Assembly: GCF_001194135.2 (NCBI RefSeq)
Contig: NC_068990.1
Location: 70,639,582-70,703,581 of the forward strand
Source of the DNA: Octopus bimaculoides
Taxonomy: Eukaryota
Direction of reading: 5' to 3'
DNA length: 64,000 bases
Below the pieces are notes generated by a model that saw only the letters and a list, made by a program, of their open reading frames with translations, made no database searches and was not told where the DNA came from. The position numbers were made by a program, and so were the translations under genes. Below are positions 35,105 through 47,582 of the stretch, piece after piece (position 1 is the first letter of the stretch; the number at the start of each line of letters is the position of its first letter).

Positions 35105-35141
35105 TGCTGATGCTTTGTGAGAGTCTTTCAACTCTGTCACC
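35105..35141 (-). CDS. IFT46: Tentative IFT46 exon (GDRVERLSQSIS)
   Basis: tttcattag acceptor and GTGAGC donor. Phase 0 to 1. Together with 34915-34994 it adds 117 nt in frame. Confidence 0.4.
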
Positions 35142-35392
35142 CTAATGAAATTCATATGCACATGCATACAGACACACTGACATACATACATATACAAACA
35201 TACACACACTCAGTGTGAGAGATATACATATACAGAGAAAGAGTGAGAGAGAGTGTGGTAAATATAGAGAGAGGTGGAAGTTTACAATGACAAAAATGTA
35301 AAAGATAGAGGGAGAGACAAGTACGGAGATAGACAGAAGTATATAGACAGACACACTCATCTCCTGTGACTAATTTGCATTTCATGTCATAT

Positions 35393-35394
<2 letters not shown>

Positions 35395-35439
<45 letters not shown>
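35395..35439. repeat. (GA)n microsatellite
   Basis: Direct reading. Confidence 0.95.
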
Positions 35440-35444
<5 letters not shown>

Positions 35445-35566
35445 AAAGCATGCATGAGACATACATATACAGAGAGAGAGTGTGGTAAATATATATAAAG
35501 AAAGGAAAAATGTAAAAGACAGAGAGAGACCAATAGAGAGAGGTAGATAGATAGTTATAAGATGCA

Positions 35567-35597
<31 letters not shown>

Positions 35598-35726
35598 CAA
35601 ATGTACACATACTCAGATAAGTATGAGTTTAAGATGGCAGCTTCTAAAAAATTCAATGTTGACAATATGGTTGTTGAGTTATTTCTCATAGCAAATTATA
35701 TTTTTTGATTATTAGTAACCAAAAAC

Positions 35727-35965
35727 TTTCCATGCTAGCATGGGTTGGACGATTTGACTGAGGACTAGTGAAACCAGATGGCTACACCAGGCTCAAATCT
35801 GATTTGGCAGAGTTTCTATGGCTGGATGCCCTTCCTAACGCCAACCACTCCAAGAGTGTAGTGGGTGCTTTTACGTGTCACCCGCACGAAGGCCAGTCAG
35901 GCGGTACTGGCAACGGCCACGCTCAAAATGGTGTATTTTATGTATCACCTGCACAGGAGCCAGTC
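35727..35965 (-). mobile_element. Fragment of the RTE 3'-end family seen at 4437
   Basis: Closely similar to 4470-4710 (tttccatgctagcatggg...gctcaaaatggtg..cacctgcacaggagccagtc). Confidence 0.85.
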
Positions 35966-37329
35966 TCGAAAGAGACACAGTAAGCAGAGGGAGGGGGGGT
36001 TAGGCCGATGCACGAGGAAGAATAGTTTGAGATATTTTGGGGAATTTCTGTCGCGTAGACACAGTAAATATTGAATGGTAGAAATAGAAATAGAATTTGG
36101 AAATCAGGGGTTTTCGGCCAGCTAAGTCCAAGACAGAATTATAGAAATAGGTGACTATGTAGGAAATAAAAACTGAAAAACTTGAATAAATGATTGGGTT
36201 TGACGGCATCGTTAAGGACAACTGAAAATGAATTTGAGCACTAAATGAGATATTACGAATCGGGGCAAAATACATAGGAAAGTACATGCTTAGGCAAGGA
36301 ACTCAGGACTTATCTCGACATAGTTCTGTGGTCGTATTGATTCGTCAAAGTTTCTATGAATAAAATCAAATCTGTTTTTCTCTAGGATGCACCAGGGAAT
36401 TTTTGGTGACATACACACAAACACTTTTCATTTATATAGTACCTATACATAGTAACTGTAAAGGATATAGCTATTATATAGTTTCTAAATAAAGCACTAT
36501 TTGACAGATTTTGGTGTGATTTGCTAGAATCTTTCAGTTTCTGTAATATATAGAGTATGTCTTAAAAGAGGTTGGATCATCACAGGTGGAACAACTTTGA
36601 TCCTATGTTTACTTGATCAGAGCAGGCCTTAGGTTAAACAACAACAGCACCATTATCATTAATGTTCTCAGAAGTTATTGATTTCACTACCATTCTCTCG
36701 GTTCAGTAAGCCTCAGTACCATCAACATAAACTTAGCCTTTTCAGTTTCATTGTTGCAGCTGACAACAATATTTTGGCAGCTATAAGTTGATATTACTCT
36801 TGCTGAAAAGCAATATTTTGGTAGATGTAAGTTACCTTCTTTCTCCCACCCCAACCACTTCCATTTCTTTCTCCCGCCCCAACCACTTATCTTCCCTTGC
36901 ATGCTGCCTCTACCAATAACCTCTTGCCTGTGCTTTCTTTCCTCTGTGCTATTCTCCACCATCAGCACCTCACTTATTGCCTTCACGTCATAATCTATTG
37001 CAACCCATGCCCCTGAGTCACTCTTATATATCTCTTCATCACTTGCATCTGTTAGTTCTATCCACCTGCCCACTCATCCAGTCCAAACCTCTATATCACC
37101 TCATCTATTCTCATCATCCCCACTGTCCCTTGACAGCATGTCCCAGCACATCACTACCACCATCTCTTCTGCACTTTCAATCTTACTCTGACTCACCCAC
37201 TCTCTTCGTCTTACTCCCTAACTCATTCTCCTTTCCTTTCTTTTCCAACTGCTGTCTCCATGTATTTCCTCTACAGCTTGACACCTATCTCTATTCCTCA
37301 ATACTTTTAATCTCTTATCAACTACGTGT

Positions 37330-37730
37330 AGACCCAGAATGGTGCTCCCAGCCATACTGCCAAGAAGGTACAGAATTTCTACAAATCCAACTTTGCTACT
37401 TTCTGGCCCACTTCCAGCCCAGATCTCAATCCTCTGGACTATGCCGTGTGGGGCATTTTGGACATGCCATCTACAAAACCTCCCACCCCAACATCAATTC
37501 TCTGAAGGCTGCAATGCCTATGAGGATGCTCAATGACTACATGGTGAAGAGTTGACCAGGGTTCCGGGACTGTGTGGAGGCTGTCATTGCAAACAATGGA
37601 AGCCACATAGAATAAAGTATTCGCTTTGTATTTATATGTGAATGTTATTAACCTATTTTTGAATTACTAGACTTGTTGATGTGCAATGAGAAAGTTTCGA
37701 ATGTTACAAAAGTTTTGCTTCCCCACCCTG
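37330..37730 (+). mobile_element. Tc1/mariner (maT/DD37D-like) 3' fragment with right TIR
   Basis: QNGAPSHTAKKVQ..FWPTSSPDLNPLDYAVWGIL. Ends ttttgcttccccaccctg followed by TA. Confidence 0.7.
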
Positions 37731-37762
37731 TATGTCCTAATGTATACTGGTTTCAAATTTTG

Positions 37763-37958
37763 GTGCAAGGCCAGCAATTTCGGGGTGGGTGTAAGTCGAT
37801 TACATCGACTACAGTGATCAACTGGTACTTGTTTTATCGATTCCGAAAGAATGAAAAGCAAAGTAGGCCTCTGCGGAATTTCATCTTAGAACGTAAAGAT
37901 GGACGAAATGCCGCTAGGTATTATGTCTGGAGTGTTAATGATTCTGCCAGCTCGCCGC
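37763..37958 (-). mobile_element. tRNA-derived SINE, near full length
   Basis: Reverse copy of the family at 43804, 57984 and 59586 (gcggcgagctggcagaatc head; gcttttcattctttcggaatcgataaaacaagtaccagt core). Confidence 0.75.
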
Positions 37959-39361
37959 ATTGTCCTGGTGTATATTAGGGGGGTAACGCATAATACAAAA
38001 GTTACAATACAAGGCATAACTACAGAGTTGTACCCCCCCCCCCCGACTTTGGAAGCTCATAACTTTCAGAAAAATCAATATTTTTTAATGAAATTTTCTA
38101 TGCATATATTATTTATTATGTAGATNNNNNNNNNNNNNNNNNNNNNNNNNNNNNNNNNNNNNNNNNNNNNNNNNNNNNNNNNNNNNNNNNNNNNNNNNNN
38201 NNNNNNNNNNNNNNNNNNNNNNNNNNNNNNNNNNNNNNNNNNNNNNNNNNNNNNNNNNNNNNNNNNNNNNNNNNNNNNNNNNNNNNNNNNNNNNNNNNNN
38301 NNNNNNNNNNNNNNNNNNNNNNNNNNNNNNNNNNNNNNNNNNNNNNNNNNNNNNNNNNNNNNNNNNNNNNNNNNNNNNNNNNNNNNNNNNNNNNNNNNNN
38401 NNNNNNNNNNNNNNNNNNNNNNNNNNNNNNNNNNNNNNNNNNNNNNNNNNNNNNNNNNNNNNNNNNNNNNNNNNNNNNNNNNNNNNNNNNNNNNNNNNNN
38501 NNNNNNNNNNNNNNNNNNNNNNNNNNNNNNNNNNNNNNNNNNNNNNNNNNNNNNNNNNNNNNNNNNNNNNNNNNNNNNNNNNNNNNNNNNNNNNNNNNNN
38601 NNNNNNNNNNNNNNNNNNNNNNNNNNNNNNNNNNNNNNNNNNNNNNNNNNNNNNNNNNNNNNNNNNNNNNNNNNNNNNNNNNNNNNNNNNNNNNNNNNNN
38701 NNNNNNNNNNNNNNNNNNNNNNNNNNNNNNNNNNNNNNNNNNNNNNNNNNNNNNNNNNNNNNNNNNNNNNNNNNNNNNNNNNNNNNNNNNNNNNNNNNNN
38801 NNNNNNNNNNNNNNNNNNNNNNNNNNNNNNNNNNNNNNNNNNNNNNNNNNNNNNNNNNNNNNNNNNNNNNNNNNNNNNNNNNNNNNNNNNNNNNNNNNNN
38901 NNNNNNNNNNNNNNNNNNNNNNNNNNNNNNNNNNNNNNNNNNNNNNNNNNNNNNNNNNNNNNNNNNNNNNNNNNNNNNNNNNNNNNNNNNNNNNNNNNNN
39001 NNNNNNNNNNNNNNNNNNNNNNNNNNNNNNNNNNNNNNNNNNNNNNNCAAAAGGAAGTCTTGCCAATTATACAAAATGTATAAGTCAAAACATGTGTCGT
39101 ACTAAATAAAATCTTTTATTCCATTTATTTTATTAATACTATGTATGTATAACGTAGATTTAATATTGCCCTATATTTTCTGAAGATAGCAACAACTTTG
39201 TTGACATTAGATACATATGCTTCGGAGTTAACTACAAGAAAAGTTAAGTATAAAATAAAACAGGATAATTTCGAGTTGAAATAAATAACGAAGGTATTGT
39301 ACGATGTAGAGAAGTTGCAATTGTTTGTAAATTATAATAATATATTATAAGGACTATTTAC

Positions 39362-39403
39362 CTTAGTAGCAGCCGAAGTATCAAGTTTGGGAGGAAGCGC
39401 CAT
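39362..39403 (-). CDS. IFT46: Probable first coding exon of IFT46 (MALPPKLDTSAATK)
   Basis: aatATGGCG start context in a CpG-retaining stretch. AAG|GTAAAT phase-0 donor fits the phase-0 acceptors at 35141 or 34389. The peptide itself is not recognised. Confidence 0.65.
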
Positions 39404-39700
39404 ATTGGTTATGTCTTATAAGGGAGTTAACTCTAATTAACTTTCTGTATCTTTTCTCCCTCTCTTTCTCTCTTACTCTTATCCAATAGATATGTATATG
39501 TATTAACTCCTACCATTGGTTAATTAATGAGTTCAAACGTGCACACTATCCTCCTATAAGTACAGTTTAACGACGGTTCATTGCTTATATTATACTGTGC
39601 TTTTCCGTCTGACGCTGACGCTCAGAAATTCTTCACCCTGCATGTTTTCCTGCTACCATCAACTTATACATTCACTTACATCACTCATCAATGGGTCTCG
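39404..39700 (-). promoter_or_regulatory. Probable IFT46 5'UTR/promoter region
   Basis: Local CpG retention and tandem TGACGC-TGACGC near 39610, immediately upstream of the ATG. Confidence 0.35.
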
Positions 39701-40966
39701 TCCTCAACAAATTTGGTGATTGTCGGATTTGCTAATTTCAAAAGCAACAACAAGGCGATGTTTAACAAGCAAATCTGGAAACACTGCCCGCCCATCGTTT
39801 ACTTTTGTCTCTTGATTCTTGAACTGATGACTTCTTGTCAGACAAGACTTTTGCAAGATGTGCAATTGGAACCCTTTCTGACCCATGTGAAACTGGGGAT
39901 TACCACAAGATTTGGTTTTGTTCCCTACACTTTTTCTTCTAAGCAAGCACCTCCCTAACCTTCTCTACCACTCCTATGAACAAAGACTGACAGTCCAATC
40001 ATGCCCATCACTAGATTTTTGGTGTCTGGGGCTGCCTCAGAATATTCTGGGTGGGCACTAATTTGTATTGCAGGAAGATTTTTGTAAACCGAGGGTGCAC
40101 CATTGAATAGTGAGTAAGTAGTGCCATCAAGTGTGTTCCCATTAGTAACAGGCATGAATCCAATGGAGTTAATGTTATCTCCTTCAACAGCAAAAAAAAA
40201 CCCCAAAAAACTATCACTATACATAACAAGAAAATATTGCCCCTCCCTTCTAAACGGCATGTAACTGATGGTGGTCTGCAATCAATGAGACTTATTTAAA
40301 ACAAACAACAGAAAAAGTACTTCAAAATTGCAGTGGCAAGTGGAGTATTCCATGTTTCCAACAGAATCATTCTTATGTTGATAAAAACAACAGGAGTGAA
40401 ATAAAAGGAAGACAGGAGGAATACTTGCGATGGGAAAATTAGTTGCGAAATAGGAAACTGATGGAGTAAATCAGGATGAGACATTGTTTTGGAAGTTGTA
40501 GATCTACATTTTGTTTTTAAAGAAATAGATGCTTAGTAGGGATTTGGTTTAACATTCAGTAATTTTTTAAGGGATTAGCTGAAATCTTTTGATAACATGG
40601 GTTTGCAAAAATGGGACTTTTTGAGAAAATTGTTTTGATAATTGAATGTTACTTTATATATTTTTGTGGTGCTGACTGGAAATATCAAAAATGCTCTTTG
40701 GTTTTACCTAAGGTTTTCTATCAATTTAATGATAAAATATATCATAATTTGTAGGTAAATCCACATTGATAGGACAAAATGAAAGTAATAAAGATGAATT
40801 TGATACCTTATTTAGCAAAATATAAAGGCACAAATGCAATTGAAAGGTGAGAAAATAGATTTTTACAATGGTTTGTTCATTTTTTAGATTCAGCACCTCA
40901 AAATCCTTACATCTCCAAGATTTTCCAGAAAGAAATCCAAATGGGCATGTAGGAAATGAACTTTAA

Positions 40967-41188
40967 CCCTTTTGTTACCATATTTCTGTTGAGATGCCTT
41001 GTGTTTCTTTCAATCAATTTTAAATATAACAAAGAATTTAGTAAAATAACTTAGTTATCATTAAGCTAATGTTAGGAACATATATTGTGATTAAGGTTTA
41101 GAGGAAGATTTTAATTCAGAACTTTTGAAAACAACACATTTGTATTATAGAGCCAGAGGTGGTTTCAGGCGGGTTGGTATCAAAGAGG
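40967..41188. mobile_element. piggyBac-type MITE
   Basis: TTAA flanks (40963-40966, 41189-41192). Termini cccttttgttacc / ggtatcaaagagg. Confidence 0.7.
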
Positions 41189-41199
41189 TTAATACTTAT

Positions 41200-43253
41200 T
41201 TTACATCCTAAGGCTTTGAACTTTTCCCAGCATTCTTCCTACTATGTCTTTGTAGTTTGGATCCTTGTGATTACCTAAGAAGTTCTTCACATCTTTAAAA
41301 CTAATCCTTGCATCTTTTTCAGAATCACTAAGAGAGTTTTCAAAATGGTCATCTTTGATGAGATTCTTTATATTTGGTCCTACAAATATATCCTCTTCAA
41401 CCATAGCACCTGGTAAAGCAGGAAAGTTGCTAAGTACTTGAAGTCCTCTCCATCTTGAGGCAAATATTTTATGAATTGCTTCATGAGACCCAGTTTTATA
41501 TGTAGAGGAGGCAAAATAACCCTTTTTGGATCAACCATACTTTCTTGAAGGATATTCTTTGTTCCTGGCATAAGCATATACCTACTTGGCTATTCTTTTT
41601 TCAACCAATGGGGGTACCTGGCTCTACTACCCCATTCACACAAGAAACAAGGAAATTTTGTGTAGCCTAGCTGTTGTCCATGCAACACACAAATTATTTT
41701 CAAGTCATTGCAAATCATCCAGTTGTGATCCTTATATTTAATCTTGATTCAGGGAGACACTAAATTTTCATGTTTCCTTCATGATCACCAAGTGCTTAAC
41801 AGGAACAGAGGCATATTTATTATCATTATGTAGTAGAACAGCTTTAAAACACTTCTTTGAAGAGTCAATAAAGAGTTTCCATTCATCAGAGCTGTAACTT
41901 GTCAAACTTTCCTATTAGTCCTGATGGATCTGTGTGCTAAGAAGCTTGCTTCCTAGCCACATGGTTCTAGGTTCGCTCCCACTACATGGCACCTTGAGCA
42001 AGTGTCTTCTACTATAGCTTTGGAGCAACCAAAATCTTGTGAGTGGATTTGGTAGATGGAAGCTGAAAGAAGCCCATCATGTGTGTGTGTCTCACCACCA
42101 CCACTTGACAACCAGTGTTGGTTTGTTTACGTCCCTGTAACTTAGTGGTTTGGCAAAAGAGACCAATAGAATAAGTAAGGCTTAAAAAAAATTAAGTACT
42201 GGGGGTCGATTCATCGAACTAAAAATTCTTCAAGGTGATGCCCCAGCATGGTTCCAGTCTAATGACTGAAACAAGTAGAAAATAAGGATAATAAACCAAA
42301 TTATTTTCTTGCGCAAGTAAGGAACAAATTCTTTTTTTCATGGTTATGATGCCAATAGAATGATGCATGAGGAGCTAAAAGATTCTTGGATTTAAGACTG
42401 GAGCCTTTGAATTGTGTCCCTTCACTTTACATTAGCAAAAGTAACAGTCATCACATTACTGTGATTTTCTAGGCTCTCTCCACATCATTAGAACCCCAAA
42501 ACAAAAAAAAACTTCTTTGTACATTTTGTTCATTGTCTTAGGTCTTCAGCACAAATTTAGCAGGCCTTGTGAGGAGCTCACTTATCTTTGTCTCCTGTTT
42601 CACACAGAAGTAGCCCTGGAAGATTTTTTTGACAAATTCCATGTTTCATTGATGTTTTTTTGTCATAGACTTTCCACAAATATAACAAAAGTTATCTGGG
42701 CTTGCTGCACATCTTCTAAAAGGCATCCTTGCTTAAATGATGTGGAAGCCTCTAAGGAAAAGAGAGGAGGACATTTTTAACAGCAGATATTTGATTTACC
42801 ATCTCAATGCATAACATAATATCATTAAAGCATTGTATTGTAACATATAATACAATAAGATCATGGTTGTAGCAAATACATATTGAACAAAGGTATGAGG
42901 AAATAACTGAAATAAAAAATGTGTTTTAACCTAAGGAATGTGATCTTGTAAAGCATAGCCTTCTCTCCTCAGTTTGCAGTTGACTGAAGCTACAGTGATT
43001 CACACAGTTCTCTATGTAGCTGAAGCAGTCTAAACATTGCCAGTTGCTTATTTTTTAAAAATTATGTCTATTAGTTATACTATTATAGTTTATTTAAATC
43101 TGACAATTAATAGTAATAATAAAAGACAATAGTTAAATTCGGGCATAGTGGTAAAATGCAATGATCGATCTTGTGAAGAAATCGTGCATGATAGGAGGAT
43201 GTCTTTGTAATTTTTGAAATCATAAAGTACAAATTGATCATTTTCACCCAATG
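41200..43253 (-). mobile_element. Chapaev3-like DNA transposon relic (N-terminal Cys region plus catalytic core), interrupted by a SINE
   Basis: Degraded MPFRRCAASPDNFCYICGK, CDDCYFC, EWKLFIDSSKKCFKAVLLHNDNKYASVP, LPPLHIKLGLMKQF, DIFVGPNIK, KNFLGNHKDPNYK. Possible 5' terminus CATTGGGTGAAAA at 43241-43253. Confidence 0.7.
41925..42290 (+). mobile_element. tRNA-derived SINE, second subtype (degraded reverse copies near 19600, 31390, 44565, 53285, 61810; + copy at 63641-63800)
   Basis: B-box-like ggttc..cccact head, gcaagtgtcttctactatagc, gtggatttggtagatggaa and aagtactgggggtcgattc segments. Confidence 0.65.
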
Positions 43254-43803
43254 AATGTGAAATAATTTTTTGATTGCAGACCTGTGTAAGTAGGGAGGGA
43301 AAGATTTACAAATATTCAATAAAAATTAGGTTAATTCATTCTGGTGATATTCTCATTGAAAACAAGCAATGATTGTTCAGGGTTGTGGTTGTATTGAAAG
43401 GCTGTAAATTAGGTGTGAAAAGAATGATGTAATACTTTTATGTGAAGAATGGGTCTCAGGTGTCTTTGAGGGAAAAAAAAAAAAAAAAGAATTGTGTGAG
43501 ATGTTGTTTCAATGAATTTCCAGAAACTTTAAAATCCTAATTCTTTGGTTACAGTTAGTGGTGGTGCTAGATAATTAGATAACTTTGCCAAAACTAACAA
43601 TGATAGAAAGTTTTCCAATGAATTTATCCACCCAATAAAGTTGGAAGAGATGAAGAAAATCATGGGTGGTTTTGAGTATAACCAATATTTAGTCCTTATT
43701 CAATTTATGACAACAAATAAATCTTTTTTTTTTCTTGTTAAGATTTTCAACATCTTAGATGCTAACAGAACTGCAGCTGTTGCCACATATATTTTTGAAA
43801 AAA

Positions 43804-44020
43804 GGTAGTGAGCTGGTAGAAACATTAGCATACTGGGCAAAATGCATAGCAGTATTTCGTCTGCCTTTATGTTCTGAATTCAAATTCCGCCGAGGTCAAC
43901 TTTGCCTTTCATCCTTTCAGGGTCAATAAATTAAGTACCAGTTGCATACTGGGGTTGATTTAATTGACTGGCCCCCTCCCCCAAAATTCCAGGTTTTGTG
44001 CCTAGAGTAGAAAAGATTAT
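43804..44020 (+). mobile_element. tRNA-derived SINE, full length (core resembles Meta-type SINE domains)
   Basis: ggtagtgagctggtagaaac head, gttcaaattccgccgaggtcaactttgcctttcatcctttcagggtcaataaattaagtaccagt core, gattat tail. Partial copies near 2040, 24098, 31640, 33575 and 50821. Confidence 0.8.
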
Positions 44021-45332
44021 ATTTTTGAAAAATCTGTCACCATTGAATATAAGTGGAAAATAGAAACCAAGTTCTTGTTATAAACAAGATTTCAATGGCT
44101 CTAGGTTAATAGTTTTGAAAGAAAAAGAATTCAGAAAGTAAGATGTCATCGTTTTAAATTTTAAATATAACATCAACAGAAAGATAACAGGTAAAAAAAC
44201 TGTTTTTATTTTTTTAAATTTCATCTAACAAAACAATTTTGCAATTATAAATTTCCTGAAAACAAAATGTTTGTTTAATTTTATAAATACACTTATTGCA
44301 GTTTTCTGTATTGTTCTATATGTAACAGATGCAGACATCATTGGTCTCTCGTGATGGTGTTTGACATCAGGGTGGAGGTGGATCTCCTTCAACGAAGAGT
44401 CACTCGTTTAATTAACTGAATTATCTGCTCCTGAATTAAAGTGTAAGTTGCTAAGAGTATTGTACAGACTAATGTACCCTTAAGGTAAATCTCACACAGA
44501 ATCAGAGCTGCACATGTGACAAGGCTGTACATTTGAATTACAAGTACAATCAATCTGAAAGGCTTTTATACAGTTTCTGTCTGTTCGGTTTTACTCATAA
44601 GGTAGAGGTCAATCCATAGAAAAGGACGTTTATCCAAGATGCCATACAGTAGTATTGAACCTGGAACTTCCTGGTTATGAGACAAATTTCTTAACCATTC
44701 AACTATACTCTGCATACATTTGATGTACAATAGTGTGGAACTGAGATTTTGTGACTGGATGACCTCCCAAACATGTTTCTATGTTAAAATGAACACCAAG
44801 GATAACAGTTCTTACTAAACTAAGACACACTCACCTTGTCTAACCTTCTACAGTGAATATTTCTGCGCTTATCTGAGGAGAAAATATTTCAATCTCCTTT
44901 GCTTAGGAGATTGTTTATAAGATCCATAAATGTGTAGAGGTAGTTGTTGCCATCCAACACACCCATACATTACATTCTAAGACCATGACTAATAATGTGA
45001 GATGTTTGGGGATTTAAAGGTTGTTGGATCAGAGAAATATAGTCCAAGTTGTTTAAAGAGAAAACATTAATATATGAATTTAGAGGTAGACAATGTTGTT
45101 GGTGATGGTTAGTTCCAATTTAACTCTGATTGAATAGAATTCCTGTGATCAAAGATGTTCCACTGTGACCATCCAGTAATTGTTTTGTTTTTTTTTTGTT
45201 CACATAATACTGTACTCCAGCCTAAGTTGTGCAATGTCCATTTTTAAGATGGTAAGGGGTGATCTGAGGGAAACGTAGCTCTTATTTCTTGCAGGTCAAG
45301 TGACTAAATAATGAGATATTTAATCATATGTA

Positions 45333-46592
45333 TTAGGAGGGAAAGAAAATCCTCTTACACTTTTGACAAAAATCACTTTGAGATACTTTTCCAATTCAAT
45401 ATTTACAGTAAAATACATATTATTTTTATACATTCTAATGTTTTTCTTTCTTTGCGGATTACCATAGTAGTTAGATTCATATCAATTTTACTCTTTTAAA
45501 ATGAGTTTAGACCAGATCCATATCAGACACAGCAAGCTGTGTAAATTCAAAAGGAACTCTTCAGCAATGGAAGAAGCAAAAAATATTTGTTCTATTTTTT
45601 TTATATGAAGCTTAAAATGTCTGGATATGTCAACAATGGTTTGACCAGTTTTGCTTGGGGAATTTTCTTCTCACAGAATCTTCCTTATCTTGACAAATAA
45701 GTTCAATCAATATTCAGCTTCTGAAAATTGTAGTTGAGGAAAATCCAAAGCAAACTGTACAACAATTTGTAAAACAGTTCAATTCAAGTCACACTTCAGT
45801 CATAGAAACACCTTCATGAACAAGGAAAAATGTTTAAACTTATTTAGTGGGTCTAATAAGCTGAATGCTTCTCAGCTTAATCAAAGAGTAGCCTTCAGAT
45901 TGTCATTGATCAGTAGACTTGCTACTAAACCTTTCCTGGGCAAATTCATCACAAAAGATGAAAAGTAAGGTCTTTATAATCATATTCAACAAAAACAACA
46001 ATGGTTAGCACCTAATGAAAAATAAGAATCCATCTCAAAACCAGGACTACACGGGAAGAAAGTTATGCTCAGTGTTTGTGGGATGTGAAGGGTGTCATTT
46101 ATCTTGAAGTGTTAAACCAAAGCAAAATACTTAATGCGAAGTATTGTTGTCAATTGGAAGCATTGTACAAACATTTGCAGAATATACACACATTACTGGT
46201 CAATCGTAAAGGAACGTTGCTCTTATAGGATAAATGCAAGACAATATATTACCCAAGTCAACCAGGAAAAGATTATGACTATAAATATGGAAATTTTGCC
46301 TCACCTTCCTTGCACTCCTGATCTTGCTCCAACTGACTATCTTCTTTTCAGATCATTGCAACATTATTTAGAGGGGAAAATGTTTATTAACTGTAAAGAG
46401 TTTAAAAATGGTATTGAGTGTTTCTTTGCTTCGAAACTTGAAGAATTTTATGCCCAGTGTTTAAAAATTTGCCAAATAGATGGGATTATGTTATCAATAA
46501 CGAGAAATGTTATCTTGATTAAATATATCAACTAATACCAAAGAAGCATGTTTTTCTTTCCTATTATGCAACAGATTTTTCTTCCAATCTTA
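45333..46592 (+). mobile_element. Full-length mariner (DD34D-type) relic, 1260 bp
   Basis: TA flanks and degenerate TIRs ttaggagggaaagaaaatcc / gatttttcttccaatctta. Transposase remnants IHIRH..AKNICS, FITKDEK, KPGLHGKKVMLSV, PCTPDLAPTDYLLFRSLQH. Confidence 0.85.
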
Positions 46593-47582
46593 TAGCTTTC
46601 AAAAGAAATTGTAGTTTGATGTAAAACCTCCCTAAGGTGGCATAGAAGAAGTAAAGTATTTGATCCAACAATAAAATTCATAATGGTAAGCAGGGTGGCA
46701 CTATAATAAAGTTACAGTGTATAATCCAGCCACATGATGGTGAGAATCATTACTGTAAGCTGTTATTCCAAAAGCAATAATTACTTATCATAGAAGACAA
46801 AGCAATAACCATTCAATATTTAAATCAACAAAAAAAAAAGTCAATAAAGCAAATTGTTTCTTGCAAATTATTTATTTCCAATAGGTTTACCTAATTTTGG
46901 CAATAATGTTTTAGCCTGTTGAGGCTATCCCAAACTTCTAAACTATTGTTTCATGTCTTTCTGTTGTATTTTTTTTTTTTTTTGTTTCAATCAAGCTGCC
47001 ATCGTTTAAGTAGTGGAACAACATTCTTACACTGGGATTGGATGACCAACATGGTTTATGATCTCAAAGTATTACAGCAATTAAACCAAATCATGGTTCA
47101 ATTGATTCATTTTATAAAGTATCATTGTTTTTTAGTAGTAAAGAAATATTCTTTTTCCAGTCTGAGAGAAAAAGAAATAAATATAATAATAAAAATAAAA
47201 AAAAGCTGGAGTCCTGGCATAGATTCATTATTTTCTTTGTTTATGACACTTCCATTGAAAGAAATCTGCAGCTACTCAGTAAATACTGGAAATTAAAACT
47301 CTAGCTTTTGGAACTATTGTATATCTTACTAAATATTGTGGCACAATTTTATTATTGGGAAAAATATCTAAAAGATAAAAAGCATTTCATCAAAGATAAT
47401 ATATTTCATTAAAATAATAAAAGAAAAATATAATAAAAAAGTTGGTCTGTTAAGATGAAATATTGATAGGATATTGGATGTCATCAGAACTAGAATAAAG
47501 AAATTAATTGTTTATTAGGATTGAATGCTTCTACTCATTTCTCAGTGCTATTGAAGACCTCTAAGTGACACATACATACTCT

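Noticed and set aside
36687-37555. ORFs of 128 aa (-) and 192 aa (+)
   Set aside because: They overlap a pyrimidine-rich RTE-UTR-like tract and a mariner fragment, with low-complexity composition and no recognisable domain.
40442-40458. RFX X-box-like GTTGCG-AAATA-GGAAAC upstream of a ciliary gene
   Set aside because: The 5-nt spacer exceeds the usual 0-3 nt, the 5' half is imperfect, and it lies about 1 kb from the ATG.
41925-42000. tRNA-like heads here and at 43804, 57984, 59586 and 63641
   Set aside because: They are SINE heads without a complete cloverleaf; not called as tRNA genes.
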